NCBI RefSeq assembly: GCF_001194135.2
Contig: NC_068983.1
Coordinates: 136,147,809-136,211,808, forward strand
Length of the DNA stretch: 64,000 bases
Origin: Octopus bimaculoides
Taxonomy: Eukaryota
Direction of reading: 5' to 3'
This document shows, piece after piece, positions 52,226 through 64,000 of this stretch. Each line of letters starts with the position of its first letter. The stretch's first letter is position 1. The notes beneath the pieces are model-generated. The model saw nothing but the letters and a program-made list of their open reading frames with translations, was not told the origin of the DNA and did not search any database. Made by a program: the position numbers and the translations under genes.

Positions 52226-52415
52226 CAATAATAATGGTTTCTGATTTAGATATAAGGCCAGCAATTTCAAGTGGATGGGGTTAGTTGATACTATCAGCCT
52301 CAGTCTTAGACTGGTACTTATTTTATAAACCTTGAAAGGATGAAAGGCAAAGTTTATCTCAGTGGGATTTGAACTTAGAATGTGAAGAACTGGAAGAAAT
52401 ACCACAAGGTATTTA
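52226..52415 (-). mobile_element. SINE family B, reverse orientation
   Basis: TAAGGCCAGCAATTTC...CTGGTACTTATTTTAT...GGATGAAAGGCAAAGTT...GGATTTGAACTTAGAATG. Confidence 0.85.
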
Positions 52416-53317
52416 GTCTGATGGGTTTATTGTATCCAATGTTTAGGCGCACTGTGATGATAGCTAAAAGTACATGTATAGTGCATAGAAAACACAAGAG
52501 AGAGAAGAGCCATAAAGAGCAAAGGGAGAGGGACTTAATTTCTTTTTATACAATGTGGATAGATTTGCCTGTTACACTTTTGGATTAAAATCAATAATGT
52601 CATCAAAACTGAATATTTACTTAGAAAGTAAAGGGTTCTTGTTATGATATCATCTGTAAATGAGTTAATGCTTCTATTACTAAATTTGCTAAGAATCTTA
52701 CTATTAAATGATAGTGATGATGCCGATGATGATGATGGTGGTGGTGGTGGTGGTGAAATAAGCTCTAAGTAATTTCTCAGGTTTTCCTTAGCTGAAATCT
52801 CCATGTTTAAAAAACAGCAATGTTGACGTTGGTTAAAGGATTTGTAGTGATGATGATGATGAGAGAGAAGGGGTGTGTGTATGTATGCATGAATGTGTGT
52901 GTGTGTGTGGGGGGTACCTGTATTGGCAGTGAAATAGATGTTACAGCTAGATAATACAGATGTGACAGCAGTGTACTCCAACCAGTGTGTCACTTCGCAG
53001 TTGTTGAGGATCCACAGTTTGGTCAGTAATCTAGGTTCATCTGTACTAAGCTAGCCCATCGCATGTTAGCAAAAATTAGAAGTCAACTGAATTCCCCCCA
53101 GTGCTTTAGTATTTTATTTTACTGACTCTGGAATAATGTAAAAGGCCAAGTCGAGATTTGAACTTAGAATTTAGAGGGATAGAAAAAATACTACAAAACA
53201 TTTTGTCCAATGCTCTGATGCTTCTACCAATCCACATTCCCTAATACTGATGACAGATTCAGACTCGAAAATGATGAGTCACTGAGCAGGGATAAGTTAA
53301 AGCATCTATCTATCTTA

Positions 53318-53407
53318 GCTATCTCTAGTTTGCAACAATAACATCAATAAAATATGATGATGATGATGATGATGATGATAGGGCTGTAGTACCAGCTCAG
53401 TAGGATA
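53318..53407 (+). repeat. Copy 2 of the ~95-bp direct duplication
   Basis: See 50601-50699; differs in (GAT)n length and a few substitutions. Confidence 0.93.
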
Positions 53408-54307
53408 TTATAATAGTGATTGATAATAATAAGGCCAGAAATATGATAGGGAGGGCAAACCCAAGACAGTTGGATGAAAGAGAGACAAGTGGCCATAGTA
53501 TACTAGAACAGAGAAAAAAATTAACAAACATATCAAATAAATCCTATGATGATGCATTGTTGATAAAAATACAAAATAGAGAAATTTTCCATCTTTGTTT
53601 TTATCAGGCATCTTGCCATGCATTTAACACCTGTATACATAACTTCAAAGAGGACCAGTCTATTGAGGGAGACCTCTATATGGTTGATTGAACTGTTAAA
53701 ATAACAGCCAAATCTTAAAACTGCACCTGGTTGTCTTAAAAAAAGAAAGTAGTTATAGATCTATGAAAAAGATAAGATGGCTTCAATGTCTTTGATTATA
53801 AGTAAGCTTGATCAAGATTGACATGGGGATAGACAATAATGATTTCAAGTAGACTCAGTCAAGTTGATTTGATTTAGATATGAGTCACACATCATACATA
53901 TAAATAGATGTGTGTATTTAGACATATTTATTGCAGAAAAATACACACACAATAAGCATGGCTGCAGTCAAATAACTGAAACAAGTAAAAGAATAAAAGA
54001 ATTAAAATACAGAAAATAGTTGACAACTTATTGAAGCTTGTTCTATCTTAAGCTTATCAGTTACAAGTATTTTCAATGCAGTCCAGAAACCAGTTGGAAT
54101 GTACTTATTTTAGTTAGCTCTTCATTTGTACTCTAATTAATTGGTTCAGACCTTTTGAAGTCCATAAAATAAATATCAGTTAAGCAGAGGTTGATTTAAC
54201 TGACCAGCCCCGCCACCAAAAAAGAAAAAAAAAATTTCTGGCTTTGTGCCTATAGAAGAAAGATTTCTTCTTCTTATTATTAGGCTGACAGAATCATTAG
54301 TATTATT

Positions 54308-54510
54308 AGCTGGCAGAATCGTTAGTACACTGGGTGAAATGCTTAGAGATATTTTGTGTGTCTTCATGTTCTGAGTTCAAACACTGTTGGGGTTGACTTT
54401 GCCTTTCATCCCTTCGGGATCAGTAAATTAAGTACCAGATATGCACTGAGGTCGATGTAATTGACTGGTCTACTCCCCCCAAATTTCAGGCCTTCTGCCT
54501 ATAGTAGAAT
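54308..54510 (+). mobile_element. SINE family B, near full length
   Basis: AGCTGGCAGAATCGTTAG...GTTCTGAGTTCAAAC...GACTTTGCCTTTCATCCCTTCGGGATC...AATTTCAGGCCTTCTGCC. Confidence 0.9.
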
Positions 54511-57332
54511 GGATTATTATTATTATTGTTGTTGCACAGTTAGTAGAATACCAAAAACAAATAAAAAAAACTTGTAGTATATAACTGTCATTTTTATATT
54601 CCAAGTTCAAAATCCATCAGGGATGATGTCTTTGATTTCTCTAGGTCTAATAAAACAAATACCACTCAAGTACTAGGATAAATTAAATTGATTATACTTC
54701 TTACCATAAAATATCATCGTGTTTCATGCAAATGAAATAAATTATTGAGCTGTAAGCTAAGCCAATAGACTGCTGATATATTGACTGAAGGGTTGACAGA
54801 TCATATTAACTCTTTGGCATTGAGCCAAGTCCTTAACAACACATAAACTGTAAAAGTCCAATCTACTTATACCTATTGGAAGCAAATTTTGCCATTGTAA
54901 TGGAAATATAAGATAACAAGAGTTTTGTCAATTGTACCATCAGAGATCAAATATTCTCATGCAACTGGAAAACCATTACAACTTAAATGCACTTCAATGA
55001 CTATATAAAAATGAAGTCTTTCACTGGTGCCACAAAAAGACAATTGATTACAGGAAACCTCCATCATCTACCACAGGTGTATGAGAAATTTTATTTTCAT
55101 TGATTTGTCAAACTTTAATCTCTCTTTACTTGCTAACTGAAATTCTGACAAATCTTGATGAAATTTCAAATTACAATAATGCTATCAATGTAATGTAAGG
55201 GTACTTAATATTGTTCTCTATCTGATTTCCACTTTAAGAGGAGACTGACACACTATCTTGAAATGATGGTGCCAATATCAATAATGAAAAATTTAGTTTC
55301 CACAAAGATTCATATTAACTATCTGTTTATTCTATTTATCCATTAATAAAATAGAAAACAGTTCAGATCTCAATTTTATAGTAGGAGGTGGATGTAACAG
55401 GGTGAGTCAAAAAATCTTTTCTATCAAAGAGAAGCAAACAAAAATAATGATTGGTGAAAGAAAAGATGCGTTGTAATCCTGTACTACTTTTGTTTTGTTC
55501 TGATATTTTTCAATGTTCTGTATTAGTATTTGACTCCAACCACATCTCTTTATGTGTATGTATCTATTTACCTGTCGCTTTATTGAGAGATAGATAAATA
55601 AAGAGTTTTATCCTCTAATGGCTTGCATTGATGGCAGAACCATTAAATATTCATCAAACCATAGACCAGTTTATTACACTTTTATTACAACACTAGAATA
55701 TTTTAATATAATTCAATATTGTTTTTCTTTTTCTTCCATGCTTTAAATGATGTGGTTGAGATGACATCTTGAGCAGCATAGCTAATTTCATTATTTCAAT
55801 ACTTTGATTAAATAGGTTAGATCCTGATAGAACATGGATAAAAAAAAAAAAAAAGAAATTTATAATGGTGATTTTTGTTGTTGTTGGTTATCTTCAGTGA
55901 ACTCTGAGCAGTTAACAATCGTGTTTCTACATAGTTACTCAACTTAATGTAGTAACCAAATACACTCTCAGACATCTCGATCTTTAAAATGAAAACCACC
56001 TGAATAGTTTATGATGATGATAATGATGATGGCAGTAATGGAGATGACTATTAAAATTATTTAATTTCAATTTCATATACTTTAGAACAGACTCAATTTA
56101 AAGGTTTGGCCTTTCTCTTCATTCTCTTAATTTAAAGGCTTGGCCTTTCTCAACATGTTTAATATAATTTATTTAATAATAAAGAAAAACTTTCTCATCA
56201 GAGGACTCTAAGTGCTTTGGGTGCATTTTAAACAAATTTCACAACTTAAAATTCACTTTTTTCTTATTAATTTTTTTCTGGAGGAAGAGGCTGTACCAGT
56301 ATCCTTCATAGACCTCACATCACCAATTGAACCTTTAGCAATGAAACTATCCTCATATGGTTATTATTTAAACAATGTCATTTGTACAAAATGGCTATTC
56401 CAGTCCTTGTTTAGATACTACATTCAGTGGCAGAAACCCACCCCAACTAAATTACACAAGAAATCACACTTTTCTTATTTTCTTTATTTTTATAGGAATT
56501 CATCAACATATTTATCAGTAATAGTACAAAAACTAAAAGTTAAGAATAGTTTAAGTTTATATGTTAACAATTAATAATAATTTGTATCAGTAAAGAAAAA
56601 AAGTTCATGTAGTGTTTTAGAGTTTATAGTACTACAGAAAGAATGGCAATGTATTTAGAATATATTTAGTGAGAATCTCAATACGGGTCAAGGAAGGGAA
56701 TATACAAACACCAAAAACAGTATTAAAATTAAAGTAACTGTGGGTGAGTTGAAGAGATATAAGGTAATTATGATTGACTTAATAGAAGAGACAAAAGGTC
56801 TTTGAATTAAGAGACCTTCTATACAGCCAAAATACAGAATGGCCTCAGGGAACATAAGATTTACTGATCAAGCTGATGGCCTAGTTTTAATACTTGGAAC
56901 CAAATGAACTACATTATATAAAGCACTGGGGCATTATACAACAGCTTTTGTTAGGTGCTAGATTAGTGGGGCTGTACAGAATTGAACAGTCTCATTGTTG
57001 CAAAGTTCACTTTCTTTAATACATTGTACCATAACCAAAACTATGTTCTCATAGTTCTTTGAGTCACTGTTATTTATGCAAAACAACTGGTGTGGAATAA
57101 CAGGATACTTTCTTCTACACATAAATAATGTGTATTTGTTGTTTACTAGTAGCCCTAGTCATTTCTATTCAAACTAATTCATTCTTATGGCATGGGTGTA
57201 GCTAACAAAAAGCTTAGAAGCAACTCCTGTGTCTGGAATCTTTTATTAGTAGATATGTCTAAAATCTCAGTTTGGACAGAACTTCAGTGTTCTCATTCTA
57301 AAGAGAGTACAGAGTTTGTCTTCAACATTATC

Positions 57333-57495
57333 GGTGCAGCAGAGGCTGTGTGGTAAGTAGCTTGCTTATGAACCACATGGTTCCGGGTTCAGTCCCACTG
57401 CGTGGCCCCTTGGGCAAGTGTCTTCAACTACAGCCTCGGACTGACCAAAGCCTTGTGAGTGGATTTAGTAGATGGAAACTGAAAGAAGCCTGTCG

Positions 57496-57534
<39 letters not shown>

Positions 57535-57760
57535 ATGTATGTATGTGTGTATGTGTTTGTGTGTCTGTGTTTGTCCCCCCACCATTGCTTGACAACCGAT
57601 GTTGGTGTGTTCATGTACCTGTAACTTAGCGGTTCGGCAAAAGAGACTGATACAATGAGTACTAGGCTTACAAAGAATAAGTACTGGGGTTGATTTGTTT
57701 GACTAAAGGCAGTGCTCCAGCATGGCTGCAGTCAAATGACTGAAACAAATAAAAGAAAAG
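57333..57760 (+). mobile_element. SINE family A, full length, least diverged copy
   Basis: Complete head, internal (TA)n(TG)n and tail; retains CpGs. Confidence 0.93.
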
Positions 57761-58091
57761 AATTAAGCAAGTCATAGACTACATAGAATCAGCTATACTG
57801 TGTGATTTTTCTGTTATTGTTTAACAATTCTTACTTCCTTAACATCTAGAATAAGTTTAAAATATGGTATTGGTAACTTAAATTTAAAAAAGAATAAATA
57901 GGTAAAATGTAAGGAACTAGGAAGGTACTATGAGAAATTCCCCAATACATTTTTCTTCATTGCATATTCTTTACTCTGTATCACTTTATTGGAATAAATG
58001 GATAAAGTAGATCATTCTCTACTTGATATGGTTGATAGGTAAAGACTGGTGGTTGAGTATGCTGAAGAATGCACAAATTCAGTTTGCTTAA

Positions 58092-58381
58092 CCCATTACC
58101 TACCAGTGATCTCATATGAGATTGCTTAAAAATTACAAATTTCGTAATTATCTGTCAATATTTACACATATCTAACCTTTTTGCTATATCTACTAGGTAT
58201 ATTTCTCTGATATTCAAATGAGGTTTGCTAATTTTTCACCCAATATCTCGCTTATTTCTATTTAAAATGTTATTTTGAAATGTTATTTTGATCATTCCAG
58301 CATGTTTCTAAGGCTGTTTTATGCTAGAAATCAAAGTTTTATAAAAAAATTCCAGTTAATAGAATTATGGGAGGTAATGAG
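58092..58381. mobile_element. piggyBac-like MITE (290 bp)
   Basis: TTAA at 58088-58091 and 58382-58385; TIRs CCCATTACCTACC vs CTCATTACCTCCC (reverse complement of the right end), 11/13. Confidence 0.75.
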
Positions 58382-58526
58382 TTAAGGCACCAACACCAAA
58401 TCTACAGCATCTACCAAATCTACTAAAGAAAACTATTTCAATAAACATCTTAACTGCAATACTGTGCATGGTTAACAACAGCTTCAATAGCATGGAGAAA
58501 ACAAATTAATTTTGGGGTTAGTAATA

Positions 58527-58705
58527 AAGGAAATACAATTAAACCTTGGGAGAGGCATTATGCCGGTAATAAACACACGCACTGGTTCAGTCCTTTATTA
58601 ATTTATATAGTTTTTTGTTAAATTATTTTAACATAATGCCTCTCCCAAGGTTTAATTGTATTTCTTTCAACACACGTATCCACATCAAGAATCTTGCACA
58701 CGAAA
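58527..58705. mobile_element. Fragment related to the 42.5-kb element, with a 36-bp inverted repeat
   Basis: 58527-58562 and 58632-58667 are inverted repeats (35/36); AAACACACGCACTG is shared with 42585-42598. Confidence 0.7.
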
Positions 58706-59497
58706 TACACATACGAAATATAATAAAGGAAATGTTATACAAAACTAGGCTTAACCAAAGAATGTTATTGTTCTTTCTTTTTCCCCTGAATGATAAAAAT
58801 ACCAAAAACATAGATATTTTTCCCTTGTTTTGTTTAGATTTGAATATTATTTTTTCATGTTAGGAGATCTTTTTCTTTTATTAACGAGATTTCCATCATA
58901 AAAGCTGTCAACAGTGAATAAAACAAACAAGCAAAACAAAAACAACTTGTTCCTTTCAAAATAAAGAATCAAGAAGGGAAGAAAATAGAACAGACTTAAG
59001 CAACTGGTGCAATAAGTTGCCTAAATGAACTTTAACTTTAGTGTGGAAGTAAAATTTATAAATGAAATTAAATTCTAACAGTAAACCAAAATTGAAATCA
59101 TGGGGGGGGGGGGCTTATCTCACCTTTAACTTTGTTGTTTTTAACATACAGAATAAACAATTTAAGGTTCAACAATAAAAGATGAGAGATATAACAGTTA
59201 TTAAACAAAACTATTTCAAAAATTACAAGCATAATGGGCACTGTGTGTATGTGTATATTGTGTTTGAGTGTGTGTGCTCACTATAAGCATTTTATTAGCA
59301 AAGAGATAAGATATTTTAATTTATGAATAAAACATCATTATGTTCTTTTCTTCTGGGTCCAGTTGTGGCCACACTAGGGTACATTTTGTAAAAAATTTAA
59401 CTATTATTTTTGAAATTACATTTAACATAAATTGTGTGCTTTCAATGCTTTGGGTATTTGCTGTGGTTTGTTTTGTTGTCGTTGTCATCATTATTAT

Positions 59498-59705
59498 TAA
59501 GGCAATAAGTGGGCCGAATTGCTAGAGTGTCAGGAAAATGCTTTGCATTATTTGTTCTGGCTCTTTACATCCTGAGTTCAAATCCTCATGAGGTCAATTT
59601 TGCCTTTCATCTTGTTTTGTAGGGTCAATAAATTGAAGTACTAGTCAAGTACTGAGGTTAATGTGATCGACTAGACCCTGTGGGTCAAAATTACTGGCTT
59701 TGTAT
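59498..59705 (+). mobile_element. SINE family B
   Basis: GGAAAATGCTT...CCTGAGTTCAAATCC...TTTGCCTTTCATC...GTACTAG. Confidence 0.8.
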
Positions 59706-60024
59706 ATATATAATGATTTTAGACATACAATATTGGGCACAAACAATATTTTATTATTCAAGTAAATGAAACTATGTCAGCCAAAATCTGAAACCAACTT
59801 CAACTGACAAATCTATACTGAGTATATGTCCCTAAACATTAGTAACCAACTATTTTTTAAGTATGTAAAGTTATTTCAGAAGAAAAAGATAAGGAACGTT
59901 GTGGTATTAATTGCTTCCCCAAGGATATTAAGCATAAGAAAAACTGTCCTATTCAGTAATCGAAACCAGAGTTTGCAAATTCTACTTGCCAAGACTCCAA
60001 CATTCACCTTCTCCTGCCACTCAC

Positions 60025-60062
60025 CTGCCATGGTCATTGGCAAATAGTAATACTGGAATTTG
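60025..60062 (-). CDS. Candidate 38-nt exon (QIPVLLFANDHG)
   Basis: Minus-strand donor CAG|GTGAGT is ideal; acceptor AATCTAG| has a weak pyrimidine tract. Confidence 0.15.
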
Positions 60063-60720
60063 CTAGATTCAGATAATTCTTATGCAATGACATGGCTATT
60101 ATTTTCATTAATGCCAAATACAATTCCTCACAATGCTTAGTGACAAGTTGTTCATTTTTTTCTTCTCTCCACTGACTTTATCAATGTGCAGCTACTGTTG
60201 ATACTACATCTGCAGCACCAGAGTAATGGAATAAGCTCCTGAAAGGATTATTTGTAACCTGTTCAATTTATTTTAAATGCAAGCTGCTCTCAACCAACAA
60301 AAACTAGTAAAGGAATATAGCATTGTATGCTGGTTATGTAATACTCAAGATGAAAAGGCAATAGAGTTTGGGTTGAACAAAGATGAACAATCTATCAGGA
60401 GCTGATCATATTATTCATTGAGGTAAAATCTCAATATTTGTTTCTTAAATCAATATAATATATACCAAACATTATGTTGATTAACACTATATTTAGAGTG
60501 AAACTATTATTTAAAGCTAGATAATTGTCACAGAAAAAATAAAAAGTAGAATCTGAAGCCAAAACAGATATACTATAACTACTTTATTATAATTATTGTG
60601 TGTATGTGTGTGTATATATATATATGTGTATATATATATATGTGTGTATATATATATGTATATATATGTGTATATANNNNNNNNNNNNNNNNNNNNNNNN
60701 NNNNNNNNNNNNNNNNNNNN

Positions 60721-60757
<37 letters not shown>

Positions 60758-61277
60758 CACATACACACAGACACATTATCTAAGCTTCATAGCAATTAAT
60801 AAGCTGCTTTCAGCAAATCAGCAAGTAATAACATATGGCCAAAATAAAGCAGAGAAAATGCTTTCTATAAACAAAAAGCATATGGTAACAGTACATAAAA
60901 AATGATGCATAGACCTTTCCTCATCCATCTGATGATGCCAGTGACTAGAGATGTGTAAACACAGAATCAGTGACTATAGCAACAGTGCAGAAGAAGTTTG
61001 GGAATAAAACCACTAGTTTTGAAGAATCTCAGAGTTTGTTATGCAAGGTTTATTACAATCTGTGCAAACATGTGCCTACAATAAGAAACAGCAAAAAATA
61101 ATGTTTAGAAACAAAATTGCCTGACTATATTAAAAATAAAATAAAATAACACAATTTTGAGAGCCTGACTTGATATATTATTAATTTATTGTTATTCTTA
61201 TTACTCAAGTTGATGGCATTGGCCATTCTGCTTCCCCTTTAAAATGTTAGTCCTGGGCTAAAATCATTAATATTATG

Positions 61278-61492
61278 GTGGCGGTGAGCTAGCAGGATTG
61301 TTAGCATACTGGACAAAATGCTTAGTGGTATTTCTTTTTGGCATTACATTTTGAGTTCAAGTTCCATCGAAGTTGACTTTGTCTTTCATTCTGTCAGGGT
61401 TGATGAGATAAGTACAAGTTGAGCATTGGGTTTGATGTAATTGACTAACTCCCTCCCCCAAAATTTCAGACCTTGTACCTATAGTTTAAAAA
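61278..61492 (+). mobile_element. SINE family B, near full length
   Basis: GGTGGCGGTGAGCTAGCAG...TTGAGTTCAAG...GACTTTGTCTTTCATTC...CCCCCAAAATTTCAG. Confidence 0.85.
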
Positions 61493-61524
<32 letters not shown>

Positions 61525-61721
61525 TATTAGAGACTCAGAGTTTTTCTGAGCCTTAGAGTTTTCCTTCTTACTCTTTATGTTCTGAGTTCAAATCCTGCTA
61601 TAGTCAACTTTACCTTTCATCTCTTCAGAGTGGATTAAACAAACCACCAATCAAGTACTGAAGTCAATGGTACTGACTAACCCACTCCCTTCAAAATGGT
61701 TGGCTTTGAGCCTAAATCAGA

Positions 61722-62395
61722 AATTATTATTATTATTATTTAACTTGAATCAGGACTGGTCTTATTCCTGGCAGAGTTTATGTGTGTAGCAGGTTACAAG
61801 CTGTAACCTCACTTATCCACATGATTTCAATAAGCCATTGCCATCAAGTAATCAAACCTTCCAATGATGTTTCCAGTTCCTAAGAGGCAAACCTTCTGTA
61901 GAAGCTCTACAGGATATTCCATTCAAATCTGGTTTATCCATTTGTGTATGTTATCACTCACAGTCCCTATTACATTAATTATCACAGATACAACTTTTAC
62001 AGATTTCATGTCCCAAATCCTTGCAATTTCAAATTCTAAGGTGTTATATTTTTTTGGCTTTTCATCTACTTTCTTCACAATCTGGAATCAAATGGACATG
62101 ATGGATCAATCAGTAAACAAATTTCCTTGTATATCATTGTAATATCTGGCTTGCTATGTCCTCTCTTCTTATCTATTTGAATTGGAAAAAATCTTATAAA
62201 ATTTTGTATGTTTCTGAATCAAGTACTCTACCTGATGATTTTACCTGCTTCAAGCCCATTTTTAATAAAGCTTCCAGTATAAAACTGTCACAATTTGATC
62301 ATGCCTCCATTTCTTATATCCTTCCTGGGATAACTTTGGGCATTCTGCAATAGTGTGTGTCATTGTTTCATCCCAAATTCCTCATACTTTACCTT
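61722..62395 (-). mobile_element. R4/Dong-like non-LTR retrotransposon 3' end (zinc knuckle, PD-(D/E)XK endonuclease, 3' UTR) ending at (TAA)n
   Basis: Minus translation HTIAECPKLSQEGYKKWRHDQIV...KPDITMI...LLIDPSCPFDSR...KKYNTLEFEIARIW...PVELLQKVCLLGTGNI; 3' stem-loop GGTTAC-AGCTT-GTAACC; then TAA repeats. Confidence 0.85.
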
Positions 62396-63252
62396 TTGCT
62401 ACTGCTGCATCATCATCGTCATCATCATTTTTATCATTTAGGGCAGCAAGATAGCAAAATCATTACTATGCTGTACAAAATGCTTTTTATGTTCTGAAAA
62501 TAAACACAAATCAAGCACTGAGGTTGATGTAATCAACTATCCCCCTTTCCAAAAATTTCAGGCCTATAATAGAAAGAATTATTATTATTATTTAGAAATT
62601 ATTTTGTAAGAAATTATTTAGATATTAGAAATCATCACTATTATTATTTATCATCATATTTTCAGCAGTTTTATACTAGTTCCTACAGCACCACCAGCAA
62701 TAAAGGCAGTAACAACAGCAGTATGTCTGTGAGGTGAAGAGTGTGGCTGTGAATGCTGCTGCAGTTTTCAAAGCACCGTAAATCACAGCTCCAAGGATAG
62801 AGTAGAAGCAAATAAAACTGCTTCATTCTTGGTAACACCAGCACTGAAGGATGAAGTAGGGTACCAAGAAGCTGAGAGAGGCAGGGTCCTTCTCCAGCAC
62901 AGGACCAGCCAGAGGCTCTTAGTAATAGATTAACCCTTTTGTGCTGTGGAAATAGGCAGCAAAATAGAGAATAAAGGAAAAATGTAATATAATTTTTTAT
63001 TTTTTCCTTACCTCCTATTACTACATATGCATGTACATCACATGCTTTGCAGCACCTTTAAAATGATACATTTAATATTGTAGATTTGTGCCATTGTGGT
63101 CAATGGAAAATAATTATTACTGAGTTGGCAAAATTGTTAGCATGTGGGACAGAATGCTTAGCAGCATTTCTTCTAATTTGCCTTTCATCCTTTCCTCCCC
63201 TTAGAATTGCTAGTTTTGTGTCCAAGTTAGAAGCAATTATTATTCTTATCAT

Positions 63253-63445
63253 TAAGATGGTGAGTTGGCAGAAATGTTAGCACCTGGACAAAACGCTTAG
63301 AAGCATTTCTTCTAGCTCTTTATGCTCTGAGTTCAAATTCCATCAAAGTTGACTTTGCTTTTCATCTTTCAAGGGTCAATTGAATAAGTACCAATCAAGT
63401 AACCATCCCTCTCTGAAATTGCTGGCATTCAGTCAAAATATGAAA
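63253..63445 (+). mobile_element. SINE family B, near full length
   Basis: AAGATGGTGAGTTGGCAG...CTCTGAGTTCAAATTCC...GACTTTGCTTTTCATC...GAATAAGTACCA. Confidence 0.85.
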
Positions 63446-64000
63446 TTATTATTATTATCAGATTTATAATAATCTATATTTTGGGAAATATATGAAGCAT
63501 ATTTTTCTTGGAATTAGAACTGGATGCATTTTAGAGAATCTGCATAGAAGTGTTCAAGGTTAGCAAAAATCTTCATTATTTAACAGCTGTCTTCCATACT
63601 GACATCAGAAAACATGTACAAAGATATTGAAGGTTAACAAGAATGTTCAAAGTTAATAAATGCTGGGTAACAATACCCTAACAAGATTTTAGCAAAGCTA
63701 TTTTTTGCACTGTATCTATGTTTATCCTTATTGGTAGTTTGTCAATGTTCTTACAGAAATGGTTGTATATCATTCCAGTTGTGCCAATTACAAATGGAAT
63801 GATAGACACATTCCTGAATTCCATAATGTTTTTAGTTGAACAGCTAAGTCAGTGTAATTTCTTAGCTTTGCAACTTGGTTCTACATAATATTATAGTGAT
63901 TTGGTATAGCTTTTTCAATAGTATACTATTGTCATTTTATCACAGAAAATGATGTCAGACATAAATATGCTATCAGGTGGTCTGTATGCTAAAAGTTCCA

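Noticed and set aside
53247-53280. CTGATGA...ACTCGAAA as a fourth hammerhead
   Set aside because: Stem II needs a mismatch and two inserted bases, and no stem I/III or cleavage triplet follows.
54931-55010. Ig-like peptide LSIVPSEIKYSHATGKPLQLKCTS
   Set aside because: Bounded by stops, with no acceptor and no downstream Trp/Cys of an Ig fold.
56212-56574. 120-aa ORF, the longest free of repeats
   Set aside because: About one ORF of this length is expected by chance in six frames of 64 kb; no recognisable domain and no convincing splice pair.
56655-56743. Open frame ending at a G|GTGAGT donor
   Set aside because: Weak acceptor and no recognisable peptide; may be old repeat debris.

Overview
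AT-rich, repeat-saturated animal genomic DNA with ten N-gaps, most of them inside or beside microsatellites. The repeat families (tRNA-derived SINEs with internal TA/TG tracts, Nin-domain SINEs, RTE-tailed SINEs) look like those of a coleoid cephalopod, probably Octopus. That is inferred from pattern recognition, not a search. No complete protein-coding gene is recognisable, and nearly all tracked ORFs are microsatellite, gap or repeat artefacts. The window looks intronic or intergenic. It holds decayed LINEs of four kinds (RTE/BovB-like with three C-terminal C2H2 fingers, a second RTE-like family, L1/Tx1-like 3' ends, and an R4/Dong-like restriction-like-endonuclease end at a TAA repeat), Penelope-like remnants, a split mariner, two TTAA-flanked MITEs and dozens of SINE pieces. 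The most notable signals are three hammerhead ribozyme motifs (one with an intact core at 42686-42730), several long fold-back hairpins, a SINE+mariner composite broken by a local inversion, two local duplications, and a few isolated candidate exons with canonical splice sites that I could not assign to a known protein. Repeat boundaries are approximate, read by eye.
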